Assembly: GCA_030629105.1 (NCBI GenBank)
Contig: DAOVPS010000032.1
Coordinates: 1 to 20,034 of the forward strand
Direction of reading: 5' to 3'
DNA: 20,034 bases
Source of the DNA: Candidatus Heimdallarchaeota archaeon
GTDB lineage: Archaea; Asgardarchaeota; Heimdallarchaeia; JABLTI01
The notes under the pieces were generated by a model. That model did not search any database. It was not told the origin of the DNA and saw only the letters and a program-made list of their open reading frames with translations. Position numbers and translations under genes: made by a program. This document shows, piece by piece, positions 16,650 to 20,034 of this stretch. The first letter of the stretch is position 1. The number at the start of each line of letters is the position of its first letter.

Positions 16650-17939
16650 ATGAAAAAGCAGAGAATTCTCATTTTAGTTGCTTTATTGATAACTCCAATG
16701 ATTCTCTCATTCATTAAAATTGATGGTGCAGTTGAAAACCCAATTGATGAAGTTATAACACCGAATGTTCTTCCTAATGGAGCACCAGCAATGGATTGGA
16801 ATTTAGAAGATATTATGAGTGACACAAATTATACTTTTTCATCTCTTGCAGGAAAAGTCGTTGTGATGGATTTCTTCTTTACAGGATGTACACCTTGTAT
16901 AATAGCTATGCCACTTTTACGAGAAATTAATGATAATTATTTCGGAAACTCAAACTTTGTTTTAATGAGCATAGACATAGAATCCGAAGAAGTTGCTAAT
17001 GAAACTGTTCTTGAAGATTTTGCAAGTACATACAATATGAATTGGATGATATTCCGAGATACTGTAAATATGGCTAATTATTATAATGTAAATAGTTACC
17101 CGACTCTAGTACTTTTCAGTAAAACACAGTATATTTACTACTCTGAAATTGGGGTGAGTGGAACTCCGCATTTAATCGATATGATTGATGATTTATTATC
17201 CTTCAGTGATAGCACTGATCCAGTAATAAATGAAATTGAAACTGATAAAACTTCATTTTCAGTTCTTGATAATAGGTTTGTTGTATTAGCTAATATCACA
17301 GACGATACTTTGAGACACGTAAGATATGAATTAGAGATGGGTAGCTACTCGGATTCTAAAGATTTCTGGAAACCAAGTACAAATGTAATCAATTATGAAT
17401 TCGTAGTTGATCCTGTAGCTATTTATAATGCCACACAAAATGGTATAACTAATACCACCATCAATGTTATTGCGGAAGATTTTGCAGGATTATCAACAAC
17501 AGATAATATAACAATAGATGTTGATAATTTAGTTGACGCAGAAAGCCCTTTTGTAAACATAACTGATATAAAAGAAATAGATGCTTCCGATGGTCATACT
17601 TTTGAGATATTAGCTACAATAACTGATGATTTATTGGTGGTTAATGCTTCAGTTGAGCTATTGAAAAATGGAGCATCTTTTGAATCAGGTATAATGGAAT
17701 TAGATTCCGGTGATACCTACAGTATAAAATTTTTTGATTTAACAGTCAAGAAAGGAGACATAATCACAGTTAAAGTGACAGGTGAAGATGTTGCTGGTAA
17801 AACTACAGTAGATGAGGGAGATCATATTATAACTGCTAGTTTAAGTTTAACTTTGCCAATAATTTTAGCAACCATTTTCCTTGCTAATTTGATTATCCTC
17901 CCAATACGAAGAATTCAAGTAAGAAAATTAACAAAATAA
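16650..17939 (+). CDS. Surface-anchored thioredoxin-fold (TlpA/ResA/redoxin-like, CTPC) protein with two tandem Ig-like repeats
   Basis: It has a signal-like N-terminus (MKKQRILILVALLITPMILSF). GKVVVMDFFFTGCTPCIIAMPLL...YPTLVLF is the TlpA-type CxxC motif plus cis-Pro segment, with the CxxC at nt 16887-16898. Two ~100-aa repeats follow, then a C-terminal TM plus RRIQVRKLTK. ATG 16650 is preferred over GTG 16635. Confidence 0.7.
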   Translation: MKKQRILILVALLITPMILSFIKIDGAVENPIDEVITPNVLPNGAPAMDWNLEDIMSDTNYTFSSLAGKVVVMDFFFTGCTPCIIAMPLLREINDNYFGNSNFVLMSIDIESEEVANETVLEDFASTYNMNWMIFRDTVNMANYYNVNSYPTLVLFSKTQYIYYSEIGVSGTPHLIDMIDDLLSFSDSTDPVINEIETDKTSFSVLDNRFVVLANITDDTLRHVRYELEMGSYSDSKDFWKPSTNVINYEFVVDPVAIYNATQNGITNTTINVIAEDFAGLSTTDNITIDVDNLVDAESPFVNITDIKEIDASDGHTFEILATITDDLLVVNASVELLKNGASFESGIMELDSGDTYSIKFFDLTVKKGDIITVKVTGEDVAGKTTVDEGDHIITASLSLTLPIILATIFLANLIILPIRRIQVRKLTK

Positions 17940-18035
17940 AACTTGACCTTATAAAATAATTAATACCTCTTATTGGGATTAGTTATCCCTATTTAGAATG
18001 ATGAGATGTGATAGTTCATTGGACAGGAAGTTTTC

Positions 18036-19409
18036 ATGGAAGAACTCGACAGCAAACCAAAAAGCTCTTTTCGATGGCTAAAAATCACTGGTTTAGTGCT
18101 TGCTAGTTTAGTCATTTTAGGTGGTATTGGTTATGGAACCTATTATTTCATGACTTATAACAATCTTGAACCTGCACATACTTTTTCAGTCTCAACTTTA
18201 TCTGGTGGTAATTTTACACTTATTGATCATCAAGGCAAAGTTGTTCTTTTGGATTTTATGAGTTTGAATTGTACTCCTTGTGAAGAGTTGATGCCTGAGC
18301 TTGTTGCTCTTTCAGAAGAATTCAATGAATCTCTCGTTATTTTTTCTATTGATGTAGATTTATCTGATAATGTAACAGATCTTCAAAATTACAGAGATTT
18401 TCATAATGCTACTTGGGATTTTGCTTTAGATACAGTTGGATTAACTACTGCTTATGCAGTTGTTACTCTACCAAAAACGGTAATCATTGATAGCGAAGGT
18501 TATGTTACGTTTGCAAACATTGGATTTTCAGCGGACATAAATTTGCGAGAGAAAATCCAGGAGACAATTGAAGGTAAAGCAACACGCATTAATGCCAGTT
18601 TGGGGGGAACCATGGCTGTTGCATTTTTTGCTGGTATTTTATCATTTTTCTCCCCTTGTGCATTTCCAATGCTTCCTGGTTATATGGCTTATAATTTAGA
18701 TCTTTTAATGAAAACTGAGAAAAGCGAAGATGAAATAGATGAAAAGGATAAAGATACGAAAGCAAGAGTACGACGTCGAGTTTTGCGATCACTTTTATGG
18801 GGAGGAGCTGCTGCACTTGGTATTTTCCTTTTCTATATGATAATTGGTTTAATTGTATCATTTGCTGGTGGAGCGGCAGGCAATTGGGAGTGGGTGGAAT
18901 ATATAATACCCGCAGTGGGCGGCTTATTGATTATTCTTGGAATTTTGACGTTTACTCCGTTTTCCTTTGATATGAGCAAAATTATCAGTCCAATTGCAAA
19001 TATTGGGAAGAGAAAGGAGAAAACCGAGTTAGATGACTCAGAACAAGAAAAGACGAAGAAGCGCTCTAAAGCTTTTAGTGAAGCTCCTCAACTTTTACAA
19101 TTATTTCTTTACGGAATAACTTATGCTTTAGCTTCTATTGGGTGTAATTTCCCAATTCTTATTGGATTAGTTCTTGGTGCTTTACAAGCTGGTTCTTTCT
19201 TTAATGCCATCATGATTTTTCTCGTGTATTCAATTGCTATGGCATTACTTATGATAATAATTACACTACTCGTTGGATTTTCTAAAGATGCATTAATCAA
19301 TAGATTACAAGCATCAACAAAAGCAGTCAAAATTATAAGCGGAATCTTACTCATTCTTGCAGGAGGATTCCTTATTGGTTGGTTCCTCTGGGACCGTTAC
19401 AAACTTTGA
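18036..19409 (+). CDS. ccdA: Fusion of a membrane-anchored TlpA-like thioredoxin domain (CTPC) with a CcdA/DsbD-family transmembrane thiol-disulfide electron transporter
   Basis: An N-terminal TM is followed by GKVVLLDFMSLNCTPCEELMPEL...LPKTVIID (redoxin fold, CxxC at nt 18270-18281). Then comes FFAGILSFFSPCAFPMLPGY, and later YALASIGCNFPIL. These are the two conserved Cys-x-x-Pro TM motifs of CcdA/DsbD. Two long charged loops are inserted. AGGA lies 7 nt upstream of the ATG. Confidence 0.8.
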   Translation: MEELDSKPKSSFRWLKITGLVLASLVILGGIGYGTYYFMTYNNLEPAHTFSVSTLSGGNFTLIDHQGKVVLLDFMSLNCTPCEELMPELVALSEEFNESLVIFSIDVDLSDNVTDLQNYRDFHNATWDFALDTVGLTTAYAVVTLPKTVIIDSEGYVTFANIGFSADINLREKIQETIEGKATRINASLGGTMAVAFFAGILSFFSPCAFPMLPGYMAYNLDLLMKTEKSEDEIDEKDKDTKARVRRRVLRSLLWGGAAALGIFLFYMIIGLIVSFAGGAAGNWEWVEYIIPAVGGLLIILGILTFTPFSFDMSKIISPIANIGKRKEKTELDDSEQEKTKKRSKAFSEAPQLLQLFLYGITYALASIGCNFPILIGLVLGALQAGSFFNAIMIFLVYSIAMALLMIIITLLVGFSKDALINRLQASTKAVKIISGILLILAGGFLIGWFLWDRYKL

Positions 19410-19436
19410 TAAATATAATAGAAGACCTGGTGCAAT

Positions 19437-20003
19437 ATGTTGATTAAAAAGAGAAGATTTGGATTCTTCATTACTCTACCTGTATTATTACTTGTTCTTT
19501 CAGTTGCAATGCAATCAGCTAAATATACTGATTCTATTCCACTACCAGCTGTTCTTTCAGTTACTCATCAACCAGTTGTTGTTACAACTCAAACCAATCT
19601 TACCGTTACAGTTTCTTTTGATTACAACATAAACGTGACAAGTGTACAAATTCAATATTGTCAAATCGAGCCTTCATTTACTTGTCATTTTCCAAAAATA
19701 GACATGATCCGAACTGGGAATTATTTCTGGAGTGGATCATTTATCATCTTGGAAGAAAGTGGGGTAATTGGTTACAAACTATACATTTATCTTCAAACTA
19801 CTGATTTCGTAGCCCCGAATGAAACCGGTTATTTAGGGTATGACAACATAGTAGAACCTGCAGCAGGAGAGTTTTACTTTTCAGTGGAATTAAATGCTAC
19901 TACAGATACAGCTCCGATGAGTTTTGGTTTACCATGTATAGCATTAACTTTTGGAGCAATGGTTCTAATAAGAAAGAAGTTGAGAAATATAAGGAACGTA
20001 TGA
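19437..20003 (+). CDS. Hypothetical secreted protein with a C-terminal membrane anchor
   Basis: 188 aa, starting 27 nt after ccdA with GGTG 5 nt upstream. It has an N-terminal signal-like TM, a beta-rich N-X-S/T-containing domain with a Cys pair (YCQIEPSFTC), and a C-terminal TM plus RKKLRNIRNV. No recognisable family. Confidence 0.6.
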   Translation: MLIKKRRFGFFITLPVLLLVLSVAMQSAKYTDSIPLPAVLSVTHQPVVVTTQTNLTVTVSFDYNINVTSVQIQYCQIEPSFTCHFPKIDMIRTGNYFWSGSFIILEESGVIGYKLYIYLQTTDFVAPNETGYLGYDNIVEPAAGEFYFSVELNATTDTAPMSFGLPCIALTFGAMVLIRKKLRNIRNV

Positions 20004-20034
20004 TCTTTCGTCCAATAACTTTTAACGTTCCTAT

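Noticed and set aside
847-19354. The remaining short track ORFs: 847..1077, 1291..1503, 2190..2408, 2629..2985, 3439..3621, 4027..4221, 5677..5964, 6052..6234, 6699..6947, 6966..7166, 8802..9008, 10100..10291, 10324..10518, 11576..11821, 13879..14082, 16276..16569, 16625..16825, 18589..18861, 19121..19354.
   Set aside because: Each is nested inside, or overlaps in another frame or on the other strand, a longer ORF with clear family motifs. None has a convincing start context or motif of its own.
1-20034. I looked for CRISPR arrays, IS elements or transposases, integrases, rRNA genes and known defence-system signatures.
   Set aside because: There are no regularly spaced short repeats. The only terminal direct repeats are the tRNA-derived ones. 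No DDE, tyrosine-recombinase or serine-recombinase motifs, nuclease/helicase or ATPase pairs were recognisable in any substantial ORF.

Overview
This is an AT-rich archaeal chromosomal window. GGAG/GGTG Shine-Dalgarno-like motifs sit 4-11 nt upstream of many starts, promoters are A/T-rich and TATA-like, and the single tRNA has an encoded CCA. A Rab-like small-GTPase relic and many N-X-S/T-rich, C-terminally anchored surface proteins suggest an Asgard (Lokiarchaeia-like) source, but that is inference only. I support about 20 protein genes and one tRNA, and found no rRNA, CRISPR array, transposase or integrase. The left half (1-9.8 kb) is mostly housekeeping and redox genes. These are a partial CBS-domain protein, HypE, a parvulin PPIase, a small ferredoxin, a monocistronic OppD-like ABC ATPase, a cDPG-synthetase-like P-loop protein, a degenerate Rab-like protein, NnrE, a rubredoxin::PoxB-like TPP enzyme fusion and Ogt. 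The right half is envelope and accessory. It holds a membrane-anchored Ntn-hydrolase and a beta-helix surface protein, then a same-strand set of four membrane or extracytoplasmic proteins that includes two CTPC thioredoxin-fold proteins, one fused to CcdA. The clearest structural signal is an intact tRNA-Arg(GCG) at 13260-13337 (-). It is followed by a perfect 43-bp copy of its 3' half 2,230 bp downstream and a degenerate copy in between. These look like att scars bounding a small insertion with no integrase, carrying the beta-helix protein and an orphan RelE/ParE-like ORF. Other points worth follow-up are the pseudo-GTPase, the rubredoxin-PoxB fusion, the TlpA-CcdA redox module, and a flavodoxin/ferredoxin gene whose N-terminus has no canonical start unless one A is removed from an A5 run. 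All family calls come from reading motifs by eye; no database search was run.
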